In this document: one piece after another, positions 22,559 through 34,350 of the stretch
Numbering within the stretch: position 1 is the stretch's first letter
Layout of the letters: every line of letters begins with the position of its first letter
Assembly: GCA_043228905.1 (NCBI GenBank)
Contig: JBHGNT010000014.1
Coordinates: 5,890,001 to 5,954,000 of the forward strand
Direction: 5' to 3'
DNA: 64,000 nucleotides
Origin: Azolla caroliniana
Lineage: Eukaryota > Plantae > Polypodiophyta
Notes under the pieces: generated by a model
The model's input: the letters and a program-made list of their open reading frames with translations, nothing else
What the model was told of the DNA's origin: nothing
Databases searched by the model: none
Position numbers and translations under genes: made by a program

Positions 22559-25500
22559 ACGTTGGTTGTCACCTTGGGCAACACCGGGCCGGAAGGGAAA
22601 CGGTTATCCCTAGCAAGAGTAAAGTCGAGCTTGCTAGATGAGGAGGCACGTCGGAAAGATAAAGATACGAGCTCCGACTCCAAAGCGCTCCTTACCGAAT
22701 CGGAACGCGGAAGACATAGAAACCGTAGTCCCCAGAACCGGGAGAAGTCGGGGACACGGTCAAAGTCAAGGGGGAGGCCTACTTGCTTCTATTGCGGCAA
22801 GCCGGGACACTTCCAGAAGAACTGTCGGCATTTCCGAAAGGATAAGGAGACCGACGGTACCGATTCGAAGCGGACCTTGGATCGAAACGGTAAAGACCGG
22901 AGGGGGCCGGACCGGAAGGGAACGACGACAATCGCGGCAAGTGAAGAAGAGTTGATGCTCATCACCGAGGAGAGTGAGATAAACCTTGCCGGCGACGAGA
23001 CGACCTGGGTGGTAGACTCCGGAGCGTCGTTCCACCTTACCCCGGACCGGAAATGCTTCTCATCCTACTCAGTCGGTGATCACGGCTGTGCCCGGATGGG
23101 GAATGAAGGTACATGTTGAATTGTCGGCATAAGAGACGTGTGGCTGACAACACCAACCGGATGCAAGTTGTTGCTGGAGGATGTCTGACACGTTCCGGAG
23201 GTTCGTCTGAACCTGATATAAGCCGGTCGGCTAGATGATGAAGGCTACACGGGTAGCATCCGGAACGGTGTCATGAAGTTCAGCAAAGGGAGCCTGATTG
23301 TGGCTCGGGCCCGGAAGGTCAACACACTGTACCTGATGAACGCCCGGTTATGTCTGGAAGAAGTGAACGTGGCATCCGACACTGCCGGTGAGCTGTGGCA
23401 CAAGAGGCTGTGTCATATGAGCGAGAAGGGGATGAAGAGGCTTGCAGACGACAACCTCATTCCAGTGAAGAACGTGCACTTGGAGAAGTGCACTGATTGT
23501 CTGGCCGGTAAGCAAAACCGGACCTCCTTCCGACCAAGGCCACCGATGAGACGTAATGCACCACTGGAGTTGGTGCATACGGATGTGTGTCAAGTAGACA
23601 CGAAGTCACATGCCGGAGCGCAGTACTTCGTGACGTTCATAGATGACCACAGTCGGAAGCTATGGGCCACACCGTTGAAGACGAAGGATAAGGTGTTATC
23701 CGTCTTCAAAGAGCTCCATGCGAGAGTGGAAAGAGAAACCGGCCAAAAGCTGAAGGCGGTTCGAGCAGATAATGGAGGAGAATACCGGGGGCAGTTCGAG
23801 GAGTACTGCCGCTCGAAGGGAATCCGGCTCGAATTTACCGTGCCGAAGACACCGGAACTAAACGGGCTGGCCGAGAGGATGAACCGAACCATAATGGAGA
23901 GGGTCCGGAGTATGCTAGCGCATGCAAAACTACCCAAGAAGTTTTGGGCTGAGGCATTGTCGACGGCGACATACGTGATAAATAGATCACCCTCAGTACC
24001 CTTGGACGGAGACACGCCACAGAGAGTGTGGACCGGTAAGGAAGTATCCTACCGGCATCTGAAGGTGTTCGGGTGTCTCGCGTACGTGCACGTAGCTAAG
24101 GACCGGAGAGGAAAGCTAGATCCAAAGACCCGGCCATACATATTCCTCGGTTACGGTGACGATGATTTCGGCTACTGAGTGTGGGACCCGGTCAACAAGA
24201 AGGTATTCCAGAGTCGAGATATTATCTTCATGGAGGACAAGACGCTCGCCGACTGGGAGTCGGAGAAGAAGATAATGAACTCCGAGTCGACTGGTAAGGA
24301 ACGACTCTACGACGAGTAGAGCCAACCGGCAAGAGACAGGTTAGCACTCGAAGGACCAGCCAGATACGGTGAGGGTACCGAACAGGCTGAAGAAGAAGGA
24401 GAGGAAGCCGAATCCGGAACCGGCAAAGACCCCGAATCGGATTCGGATGAAGAGCAAATGGAGGAGCCGGTTACCGAAGCCCGAAGATGGAGATATCCTC
24501 TCAGAGAGAGAAGGGCCCCCCGGAGATTTCCGGATGCAGAGCATGTCCTACTGACTGATGAGGGGGAGCCAGAAAGCTTCGAAGAAGCGAAGGATGACAC
24601 CCACAGCAGAAAATGGTTAAGTGCCATGCAGGATGAGATGGATTCCCTGCATGAGAACCATACGTACGAATTGGTGGAGTTGGCGAAAGGAAAGCGGGCA
24701 CTCCGAAATAAGTGGGTGTACAAGTTGAAACCGGGAGATGCAGGCAACCCCCCGAGATACAAAGCCAGGATCGTGGTGAAGGGGTTCCAACAGAAAAAGG
24801 GCGTGGACTTTGACGAGATATTTGCCCCGGTAGTAAAGATGACCTCCATCCGGACGGTGCTGAGTATAGCGGCAAGCATGGACCTCGAGGTAGAACAGCT
24901 GGACGTGAAGACGACATTCCTTCATGGTGACCTCGAAGAGGAGATCTACATGCAGCAACCGGAGGGATTCGTGGAGAAAGGGAAGGAGCACTTGGTATGC
25001 TGGTTGAAGAAGAGCCTCTACGGGTTGAAGCAGGCCCCCCGGCAATCGTACCGGAAGTTCGACTCCTTCATGACTGATCAAGGGTACCACAAGACGCAGG
25101 CCGATCACTGCGTGTTTGTGAAGAAGTTCGAAGGAGGCGACTTCCTGATACTCCTTCTGTACGTGGACGACATGTTGATTGTCGGACGGGACCAAGTCAA
25201 AATACGGATGCTGAAGAAGGCTCTCAACCGGACCTTCTCAATGAAAGACTTGGGTCCGGCAAGACAGATGCTGGGGATGCATATTATCCGGAACCGGCCA
25301 GCGAAGCAATTATGGTTGTCACAGGAGAAGTACGTGACAAAGATGCTTCACCGGTTCAACATGTCAGATGCGAAACCGGTCGGATCGACGCTTCCGGCAA
25401 ACTGTAGATTATCTGGTAAGCAAAGCCCGAAGACGAAAGCAGAGAAGGCGGATATGATGAAGATCCCATATGCCTCTGCCGTTGGGAGCTTAATGTACGC

Positions 25501-26196
25501 AATGGTTTGTACCCGACCGGATATAGGATACGCAGTCGGAGTGGTGAGCCGGTTCATGAGCAATCCTGGCAAGGAACACTGGAATGCGGTCAAATGGATA
25601 CTCTAGTATTTGAAGGACACTTCAAATATGTGTCTCCAATTCGGCTCCGGAAAACCTCAACTGGACGGTTTCACCGATTCGGACATGTCGGCTGATGTGG
25701 ATACCAGCCGGTCTACATCCGGGTATGTAATGACATATGCAGGGGGAGCTGTTTCGTGGCAGTCGAGGCTGCAGAAGACGGTTGCATTGTCAACCACGGA
25801 GGCGGAGTACATGGCAGCCGTGGAAGGCGGCACGGAAATATTATGGATGAAGGACTTCATCGGAGAGCTTGGTATCCGGCAAGATGAATACCAACTCTAT
25901 TGCGATAGTCAAAGTGCCATCCATCCTTCTAAGAATGCGGCCTACCATTCCCGGACGAAGCATATCCAGCGAAGGTATCACTGTATCCGGGAAAGAGTAG
26001 ATGACCAGAAGTTCGCACTGACGAAGATCCACACGGCCGAGAACGGGTTAGATATGCTGACCAAAGTGCTGATACCCGACAAGCTGGATGCATGCCGGAA
26101 GAGGATTGGACTGGTAAGACACCCCATGCCGGAGTGAAGGGGGAGTTTGTTGGGAGACAGGTCCCTCCGGATGGGAAGGGTGAAGAACAGTGCTGA

Positions 26197-26466
26197 AACC
26201 GGATGAGGAGTACCCAACTACGGAGAGCCGGATGGTGCAGACCCGGTGAGAACCGGATGAGGAGTACCCGGCTACGGAGAGCCGGATGGTGCAGACCCGG
26301 TGAAGACCGGATGAGGAGTACTCGGCTACGGAGAGCCGGATGGTGCAGATCCGGTGAAGACCGGATGAGGAGTACCCGGCTACGGAGAGCCAGATGGTGC
26401 AGACCCGGTGAAAACCGGATGAGGAGTACCCGGCTACGGAGAGCCGGATGGTGCAGACCCGGTGAG
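26197..26466 (+). repeat. Five 54-bp tandem units in U3 of the Copia-1 3' LTR
   Basis: AACCGGATGAGGAGTACCCGGCTACGGAGAGCCGGATGGTGCAGACCCGGTGAG x5; a single copy in the 5' LTR. Confidence 0.92.
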
Positions 26467-26974
26467 AAGCGCTCTCCGGATGAAGAGACATATTTGTAAA
26501 TATGTTTCCGAGAGTCCATCGTGGCTATATTTGTAAATAGCTGAAAATTCATAGTTGTATAAATATGACTTAGGGCAAACCTTTAGAAGTGTAGTTGTTA
26601 TTCTTGTCTGCGCGAGATTAGAGCGCGTAACTGTGTACAGTGAGAGAGAGAGAGAAAGAGGTCGTTGCCTCTGTTGTAACCGTTGCCTGTGGCGAGGATC
26701 GTGAGCACGAGGTCGTTGCCTCCGTGAACTCATTGTTGTACATTCTAGCATAGTGATAGTTTGCAGCCTGTGGGCTGCCGTGGTTTTTTCCCTAGTTTGG
26801 GTTTTTTCCACGTAAACATCTTGTGTACTCTTCTCTTCTCTGTGTTGTGTTTATTTCCCGTTTTTCTGTGTATGATTCTAAGCTTAGTTGTGGCCGAGCA
26901 GAGCGCATAAGGAGCGATAGTTCCCGTCAGAGGTAACATGATTGTCATGACAAAAGTCTAGCATGCACCATTGG

Positions 26975-28575
26975 TGTTGCGGAAATCCGCGGCTTGTGGG
27001 TCGGCTTGGGCGGGACCATTGGGGTCTCAAACTTGGGAGGATTCTAATGGGTGACGGGAGTTGTGCCTAGGTGCCTAGTTGTGGGCCGATCCAACTCCTA
27101 TGTCCGGCTAGGTCGGACAGGGTCGAGAACAACCGATTCCTTTGAACGACCAAACCGGGTGTTTCCCTCTTGTAAATCCGGAGCGACCACACACGTATGC
27201 GGCCTCCTGACTCATTTTCGGATGTACACTTCTACACGAAGATATCAACTCCTCCGAAGGAGCCTTCGATAGCTGGTTCAATCCACGACCTACAAAAGGC
27301 AAGCTCTCGGTCTTGTGACGACATGTGCAAGTTGAGGTTACTGTAAGCCTAGGCCCTGACAATGAGCACACGGGCTCGCGGCTGCATGACAACAAACGCA
27401 CGGGAGGGTTCACGATCGAGGAGAAGAGAGAGGGAGAGATAGATGGCAAGAGATAGTGAAGGCAACACTCACGACACAAGCACCAAACAAATAACAACAA
27501 ATCTGATCAAGGCCCGTTAATAGAGATAATGACACAAGGCCACTCAATAGACACAATGCTATGGATACATGACCGTGAGCGTCTGGTCGGGAGCACATGG
27601 GCTCGCTATTGCAAGAGGTGGCCTCATGTGGATTGCGGTACAAAAACCAAGTAGGAAACAATGAACCTTTCCTTCTCTCCTAATCCCCCAAGATGAGCCT
27701 TTTTTTTGTCAACAGACACCGTCCCTCCCTTTCATAGCTTTCAAGGAGGAGAGAGGGTTCACATGACATCCGGTTGTTATGACATTTGTTTTCTTGTTAG
27801 AGATCTCCCTCCACGATCTCCTCCCATCACCTACCCACAATTCCCCTCTTTTTGTGGGACAATAAGTACATATTAAAATATTCCGATTTGTACCTTTCTA
27901 ACAACCCTTTACTTTACACCTTTCATTTCCCCTAACTTTCCTAAGTTTGTACATAAATCCCTTTTACATGTGCACATGTGGACATCCCCAACTTCCTAGC
28001 TTCCGGTAGATTTTCTTGCTATTACTAGAATTCTTTATGACATCCACCCCCACCAAACAACATATCCTCTGGTATGTGCTAGAGAGTGAAGAAGTGAAGA
28101 TTTGGCACAAAGCTGAGTCGTCTTCCTCCGATCTGCCGTTGATCCGGCCTTCATCCGGTTGCTCATTCTTGTCATCGTCATCGATTTCCTCCACATCTGG
28201 ATTCGGTTCCACGTCCTATTGCTTCTTGAAGATTTTGATATGTTTCCCCACAATCGGCACAACCATCCTCATTTTGTCGAGCTTTGAAAGGCGGTATGTT
28301 GCATTGTCGTTAACACTTGTTACCAGATATGGCCCGAACCACCTCTTGGCGAACTTCTGCATTGTTCGGTGCTGGTTGTCGAGGCTACTGTCGTAGATCA
28401 GCACCTAATCACCTTTCTCTATCTTCTTCGGCCTCAATCGATGCATTTTGTTGAACCAAGCCTTGTTCCTCATCTATGCCTCTTTTATCCTTTCTGTCAC
28501 GCGCTCCACATCCTTTGATTGTTTTTCGAATTGCCGGATCCGAGCCACTAATAACTCCTTCTAGCTCATCTCATT
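26975..28575 (-). mobile_element. Truncated non-chromovirus gypsy element: 3' LTR (~26975-27718) plus integrase C-terminus
   Basis: VLIYDSSLD...KFAKRWFGPYLV...NATYRL (GPY/F motif) at 28216-28410. Purine tract (plus CCGTCCCTCCCTTT) at 27719-27732. The LTR end shares the GACCCC..TGGTCCCGCC U5 motif of the 4-bp-TSD group. Inner LTR boundary uncertain. Confidence 0.7.
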
Positions 28576-28977
28576 CTTCTTGTTAGTGTGGTTGACTCGG
28601 ATTGTGTGGACGAGTAAGTCAACACATAATGTTGAGTTGCTTGAAATATCATAGCAATCACTTAATTGCGATCCAATGCTTTGGTCCTAGATTAGCCATG
28701 AAACGAGAAAGAAAACCAGCGGCAAAACAAATATCTAGACATGTGGAACTTACTAGATATCTTATACGCCCAAGGATTTGTTTATAAGGTACATCCTTAA
28801 TTTCGAAAATTTCTTGTTCTATTTTTGGAGAATCATCATTTGAGAGTTTACAAGGAGAGGTAAGAGGAGTACTAATGGGCTTACAATGGAGCATATCAAA
28901 TATTTGGAGAATAGAATTAATATAATTAGATTGTGCTAATGAGATAGTATGATTTGTAACTCTATTTTGAGTTACTT

Positions 28978-31900
28978 TGTTGAGCGGCAAGCTCAACTTG
29001 ATCCGGATCGGCTGAATAAGCCTGAGCCGGATCGGCATTCGGAAGGATGAGCCAGTTAGCTGGATCAAGCAGTAACCGGAAGCCAAGTAGCAGCTAGTCT
29101 ACTAGGGATTTAATATCTCGTAGTTAGTGTCAGACGCTCGTGTGGACTTGTATAAAAGTGTTCACTGAACACATACGATGTACAAACTCAGCAGTATATT
29201 TTGAATTGAGTTTCTGTGTGCTCTCTCTCTATCTCTGTCTCTCCCGCGTACTGTTAAGCTCTCCATTAAACCTGTTTTCTGTTTTCTGTTTTTCTATTGC
29301 TTCCGCATGCTATTTGTTTCTACATGGTATCAGAGCGCGAGGGTTGAAGACCTTTGCAACCGACATTCGCTTTCGCAAGAAAACCCTACAGGTTGTGAGA
29401 ACAGAATAGTAGACAAAAAAAAAAATTGGACAGAGGAATGGCAAGGTCGCTCCCGGTGGAGAAGCTCGATAGAACCAACTACGCATCTTGGTCTTACAAG
29501 ATGCACCAATACAAGCTTGGGCATGGGTACTGGAACTATGTCGACGGAGCTAACAACACAACACCTGATGCGGCACACAAGGACTTCCCAGTGTGGGAAG
29601 AAGCGACAACTACGGAAGAAGAGATGCGGGCACTTGATGCCAATGATACATGGGACCTGGTTGACCCTCCACGTCACAATAAACCGATCGGATGCAAGTG
29701 GGTGTACAAGGTAAAGTACAACGCCGACGGTTCAGTTAACCAGTACAAGGCCCAGTTAGTGGTGAAGGGATACGCGCAGACCCACAGAATCGACTATGAC
29801 GAGACCTTCGCTCCAATAGCGAAGATGACGATGGTTCGTGTGGTGCTGGCAGTTGTTGCGGCAAAGGAGTGGCATCTTCACCAGATGGACGTGAAGAATG
29901 CATTTCTTCAAGGTGATCTAGAAGAAGAGGTCTTTATGACCCAACCTCCCGGTTTTGAGTCAGGAATGAACAAGTCGGCTGTATGCCGGCTGAAGAAGTC
30001 TCTGTATGGCCTGAAACAAGCCCCCCAAGCTTGGAATGCGAAGATTACGCACTGACTGCATAAGTTGGCGTTTGCGGCCTCCAAATCCGACTCTTCGTTG
30101 TTCATCCGGTAAGGTCCGGACGGTCCAGTTTGTATCTTGTTGTATGTTGATGATCTAGTCATCACTGGACCCGGACTTGATGAAATCAGCCGCATCAAGT
30201 CCCAGCTATCGGACCCATTTGAGATGAAGGACCTGGGGGACCTTCACTATTTCCTTGGGATTGAGGTGATCCGAACCCCCGACGGAATATTGCTCTCACA
30301 AAGACACTATGTGTTGAATATGCTATACAAGTTCCGCATGACGGAATGCCGCCCTATTTCTACACCCTTGGACCGGAACCAGAAGCTCTGTCCCAACTCC
30401 GGACCGACCTGCGATGAGAAACGATTCCCATAGATTGTCGGAAGCCTTATATATTTGACCATCACCCGACTCGACATCAGCTATCCGGTCGGTGTGATAA
30501 GTCAATTCATGTAGAATCCGACCGTCGAACATCTTCAGTGCGCGCACCGAATACTATGGTATGTGAACGGTGTCGTGAAGAAAACCGGCCATAGGCGGAA
30601 TCGGAGGGAAAGCGCATAAACCGACCCTTACACGGATGGACGCGTGACTTGGTATTTTGTACATGAATCGGTGGAGATAAATACTAAGTCGCACGCGTTT
30701 ATTAGAAGGGGGGATTGTGCGTATCCCTGTCAGGGGGATAGGGAATAAAGGGAAGAGGACAAGAGAAAAGGGGTATCACGCGTTGGGGAAGAAGGGGGTG
30801 CTGCTGCAGAACGAAGGGCCGAGCTCTCTCTTCTCCTCCTCCGGTCGTCGGTCTCTGTGGGTGTCGGGAGTTCGCTGCCTCTGCTTCGTTGATAGCCCGT
30901 GTGCTTCAAGCAGAGGCTCTCCCCCTTTTGGTTCATGGAGTTGTGTGGCAGTCGTCTTTGTGTGTGAGTGGGACCCCGTGTCGGGCCCATTACCGGGTTG
31001 CCGGTTGTAACTGTTCGAGTTGTAAGCTATTGATTTTAGTAATTGGATTCTTGTTTCTCGCTCTTAACTCTTCTCTGTGTATCTCTCTCTCTCTCTCTCT
31101 CCATCTCTCTCTCCTTGGTCCAAGACTCCCGTGGTTCCGCCTCTTTCTACACGCACGCGCGTAACAATGCGACAACGACACGAAGGACCGAGGCCTGTTA
31201 TACCGACGAGGTATGACCGAAGAGCTAGTCGGCTACATGGATGCCGACTGGGCCGGCAATGCATCAGATCTCCGTTCAACTTCCGGTTATATGTTTTCCC
31301 TTGGTAGCATGGCTGGATACTGGGGCACTACCGTTGCCACCTGTGAAACCATTTGGCTTTGGCGACTGCTGCAAGACTTGCGGATCGAGGTGCTGACCCC
31401 GATCCTCATCTACTGCGACAACATAAGCAGCATGCAGCTCGCCAAGAACCCCGTATTCCATGCTCGCACAAAGCACATCAAAGTGCACTACCACTTCGTG
31501 CGTGAGTGTGTCCGGAGCGGTGAAGTCGAACTTCGGTATGTTCATACGGATCAGCAAGTTGCCGACATCTTCACCAAACCGCTCGGATCGGACAAGTTGC
31601 AACACTTCACTGAAATGCTTGGTGTTCAGCATCTCAACGTGCCACACTTGAGGGGGAGAATGGGCAAAGACACCACCGGAATGGGCAAAGGCAAAGAGAC
31701 TGCCGATTGCGCCCGTGGGGGAAGAACCGACAAGGGGAGAGAAAAGAAGAAGAAAGGAGCCGAGTCGACAAAGGAAGTTGACATCCGAACAAGTCGGAAC
31801 AAGAGGCAGTGGAGGCAAAGTCAAGAAGGACAAAGCTGACCAGAAGAAGAAGGCCAAGACCCGGACATGGTCCGATGTGGTGAAGGGCCTGGAACCAGAA

Positions 31901-32669
31901 GAAGAATCGAGAGCAACCGATTCAGACAAGAGCTGGAACGAATCAGAGACAATCGATTCGGTTCTACAGAAGGATTTGGAAGAACTGGATCAATTCAAGG
32001 CCAAGAGGACAAGAAGGCAGCAAAAGTCGACGCCAACATGAAGGAATCAGCGAATCGACAAGAGCCGAAGTAACAACAACGAGGGAGCTGAATTGGGCCT
32101 GTTGAGCAGACAAGGACCAAGGAAGTCGAGGTGCACAGGAACAGAAGGGTCGTGGCAAACGGGAAGAGACCGGACGAGGAGCGCGAGCGAGGCGGAGTGA
32201 CGCTAGAAGGAGCCAGGTGGAAGGACCGGCTTCCATAGAGACTGACACTACGATCCGACCTCAAATTGAGCTTGAGGGGGAGTGTTGAGCGGCAAGCTCA
32301 ACCGGATCCGGATCGGCTGAATATGCCTGAGCCAGATCGGTGAGCTGGTGAGCTGGGGAGCCGGTTAGCTGGATCAAGCAGTAACCGGAAGCCAAGTAGC
32401 AGTTAGTCTACTAGGGATTTAATATCTCATAGTTAGTGTCAGACGCTCGTGTGAGCATTGAAGTACACCGTACTTCTGTCAGTCCGGATGGACTTGTATA
32501 AAAGTGTTCATTGAACACATATGATGTACAGACTGAGCAGTATTTTTTGAATTGAGTTTCTGTGTGCTCTCTCTCTGTCTCTGTCTCTCTCGTGTACAGT
32601 TAAGCTCTCCATTAAACCTGTTTTTTGCTTTCTGTTTTCCTATTGCTTCCGCACGCTATTTGTTCTACA
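28978..32669 (+). mobile_element. Internally deleted Ty1/copia element (Copia-3), TSD TACTT/TAGTT
   Basis: 5' LTR 28978-29324, PBS TGGTATCAGAGC 29325-29336, Gag N-terminus joined directly to RT, RNase H to ~31650, PPT 32271-32282, 3' LTR 32283-32669. Confidence 0.92.
30571..31174 (+). mobile_element. Solo gypsy-type LTR (LTR-B, 604 bp) nested in Copia-3, 4-bp TSD ACGG/ACGA
   Basis: TGTCG...CGACA. Removal restores YVNGTKDRGLLY of copia pol. Confidence 0.85.
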
Positions 32670-33294
32670 TAGTTGATGCCTATAAAATGTGTCATGGGCC
32701 CTAAATCGGTGATAAGAAAGACACATGCAAGTTCCTTCTTTGCAATAGTTAGATAAGATTTAGAGTTAGAGATGAAGGGCAAATCATCAACATAGAAACC
32801 TATGATAACAAAATTGGATTTGTCTTTTCTAGCATAGATATTTGGCTCATTGTTTAGATGATGATATCCAACCTTTATAAGAAAAGAGTGAAGTTTGTGA
32901 TACCATATGAGTGGAGATTGCTGTCATGAACATTGACCCGAATGTGAACCTTAGGCCCTTCTATATATATTTCTCCTAGACAAACTTTAGACTTCAAACC
33001 TTTGTATAAAGAGTGGTATATAAGACTCAGTATGTAAGAACCAGTATGTAAGACTGGGTATGTAAGACTGGGTATGTAAGACTTGGCATGCAAGAATTAG
33101 TATGCTTGATATTGTAGTATGTAAGACATAGCATGGGCATGCTTATCATGCATCACTACATGTATAAAAAGGGTTGATCTCCCTTGTTAACATGAAGGAG
33201 ATCAACACCTGTCATGGAATAGATATTTTTACTCATTGTCATCAACTTCTCAATCTCCCTATCTCTTTACTCCCAATTCTTCATCCATGACAGA

Positions 33295-33306
33295 TTGATC
33301 TCCTTC
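33295..33306 (+). promoter_or_regulatory. Non-tRNA primer-binding site complementary to the element's own LTR (33194-33205)
   Basis: TTGATCTCCTTC is the exact reverse complement of GAAGGAGATCAA, which lies ~30 nt downstream of TATAAAA (33163). Confidence 0.8.
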
Positions 33307-34305
33307 TTTCCTTCTTTCCTTCTTTCTAAATACACTATCATGTCAGAATCATCTAGTAATCTTGAGCAAATTTTGGCGGTCGTGCAACAACTCCAACATG
33401 AAAATACGAACTTGCGAAACTCTGTTCAAGAACTTCAGGCAGCCACACTAGTTATACCTCACCCGATTGTTGACCCTTATGCTATAGAACCCAATGTTAG
33501 CTTGCCAGACAAATTCGATGGAACAAGGTCACGACTAAGAGGTTTCATCAACCAAATCCGCCTTATTATTCTTCTTCAGCCCCAACGCTATTCTAATGAC
33601 TTTCGACAAGTTGGGCTCATTGGCACGTTGCTGACAGGACAAGCACAAGCTTGGTTTGCCCCTCTAGTGGAGACCTCTTCACCTCTCTTGAATGACTTCC
33701 AAGAATTTCTTACCGAATTTGAGGCAACTTTTGGGGAGACCGACAAACGAGGAGCCGCACTCAACAAACTATATGCGTTACAACAAGGAAATCGTGCAAC
33801 ATCAATCTATGCATCCGAATTTCGTCAGCTCGCGTGCGATGTCGAGTAGGACGGACAAGCCCTCCTCGATCAATTCCGTCCGAAGATTACGAGGTGAGAT
33901 AAAAAATCTTTTACGTAATTTTCCTGAGCCCACATCTTTGAATGAGGCTATTTCCCAAGTTGTGCGTTGCGATAACCGTCTCTTTGAGTTCTGGCAAGAG
34001 GAACGTCCTCACCGGATCCATCCACCTTGGCCAGCCGCTACACGAAGTCACCTACCATGGTTGACGACACCGCCTCCCATGTCATCCTCCACTTCATCTT
34101 CAACTCCCGCCATAGATTCTAGTTCACCAATGGAGATCGATCGAATTCACTATCGACCATTGACTAATGCGCAATGACAACATCGACCGGCCAACAATTT
34201 ATGTCTCTATTGTGGCGGCCCTGACCATTTGATTCGCTCTTGCCCAAAAAAGGGACCCAGTCAAACACCACATCGTGTGGATGGGGTTGACATTTTCGGC
34301 CAACA

Positions 34306-34350
34306 GGAAAACTCCAATGTCCAGTTGCAGTAGGGGCTATGCATTTGGAC
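34306..34350 (+). promoter_or_regulatory. Putative -1 ribosomal frameshift signal (gag to pol)
   Basis: G GAA AAC, 6-nt spacer, hairpin GTCCA..TGCA.TAG/CTA.TGCA..TGGAC. Gag stops at 34331-34333 and pol is open in the -1 frame. Confidence 0.65.

Larger units (their letters stand above)
21321..26137 (+). pseudogene. Copia-1 gag-pol (Gag, zinc knuckle, PR, IN, RT, RNase H), with premature stops and a nested LTR
   Basis: CFYCGKPGHFQKNC, WVVDSGAS, LWHKRLCH, FIDD...DNGGE...AERMN, YVDD, YCDSQSA motifs in the ORF track, in copia order PR-IN-RT-RH. Confidence 0.95.
20726..26929 (+). mobile_element. Full-length Ty1/copia element (Copia-1), TSD GAGGT
   Basis: 5' LTR 20726-21291, tRNA-iMet PBS TGGTATCGGAGC 21294-21305, PPT GAAGGGGGAG 26136-26145, 3' LTR 26148-26929. 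GAGGT at 20721-20725 and 26930-26934. Confidence 0.96.
28600..32921 (-). pseudogene. Old copia RT remnant (28600-28977 and 32670-32921) that hosts Copia-3 and is cut by the chromovirus
   Basis: QSPLIWYHKL...GFYVDDL...TDLGPMTHFIGI on one side of Copia-3 and VTQNR...PYKQILG...FLSRFMANLGPKHW on the other. Confidence 0.8.

Noticed and set aside
26197-26499. Repetitive ORFs (RSTRLRRAGWC..., LHHPALRSRVLL...) and CRISPR-like periodicity
   Set aside because: These are translations of the 54-bp (18-codon) LTR tandem unit; there are no unique spacers.
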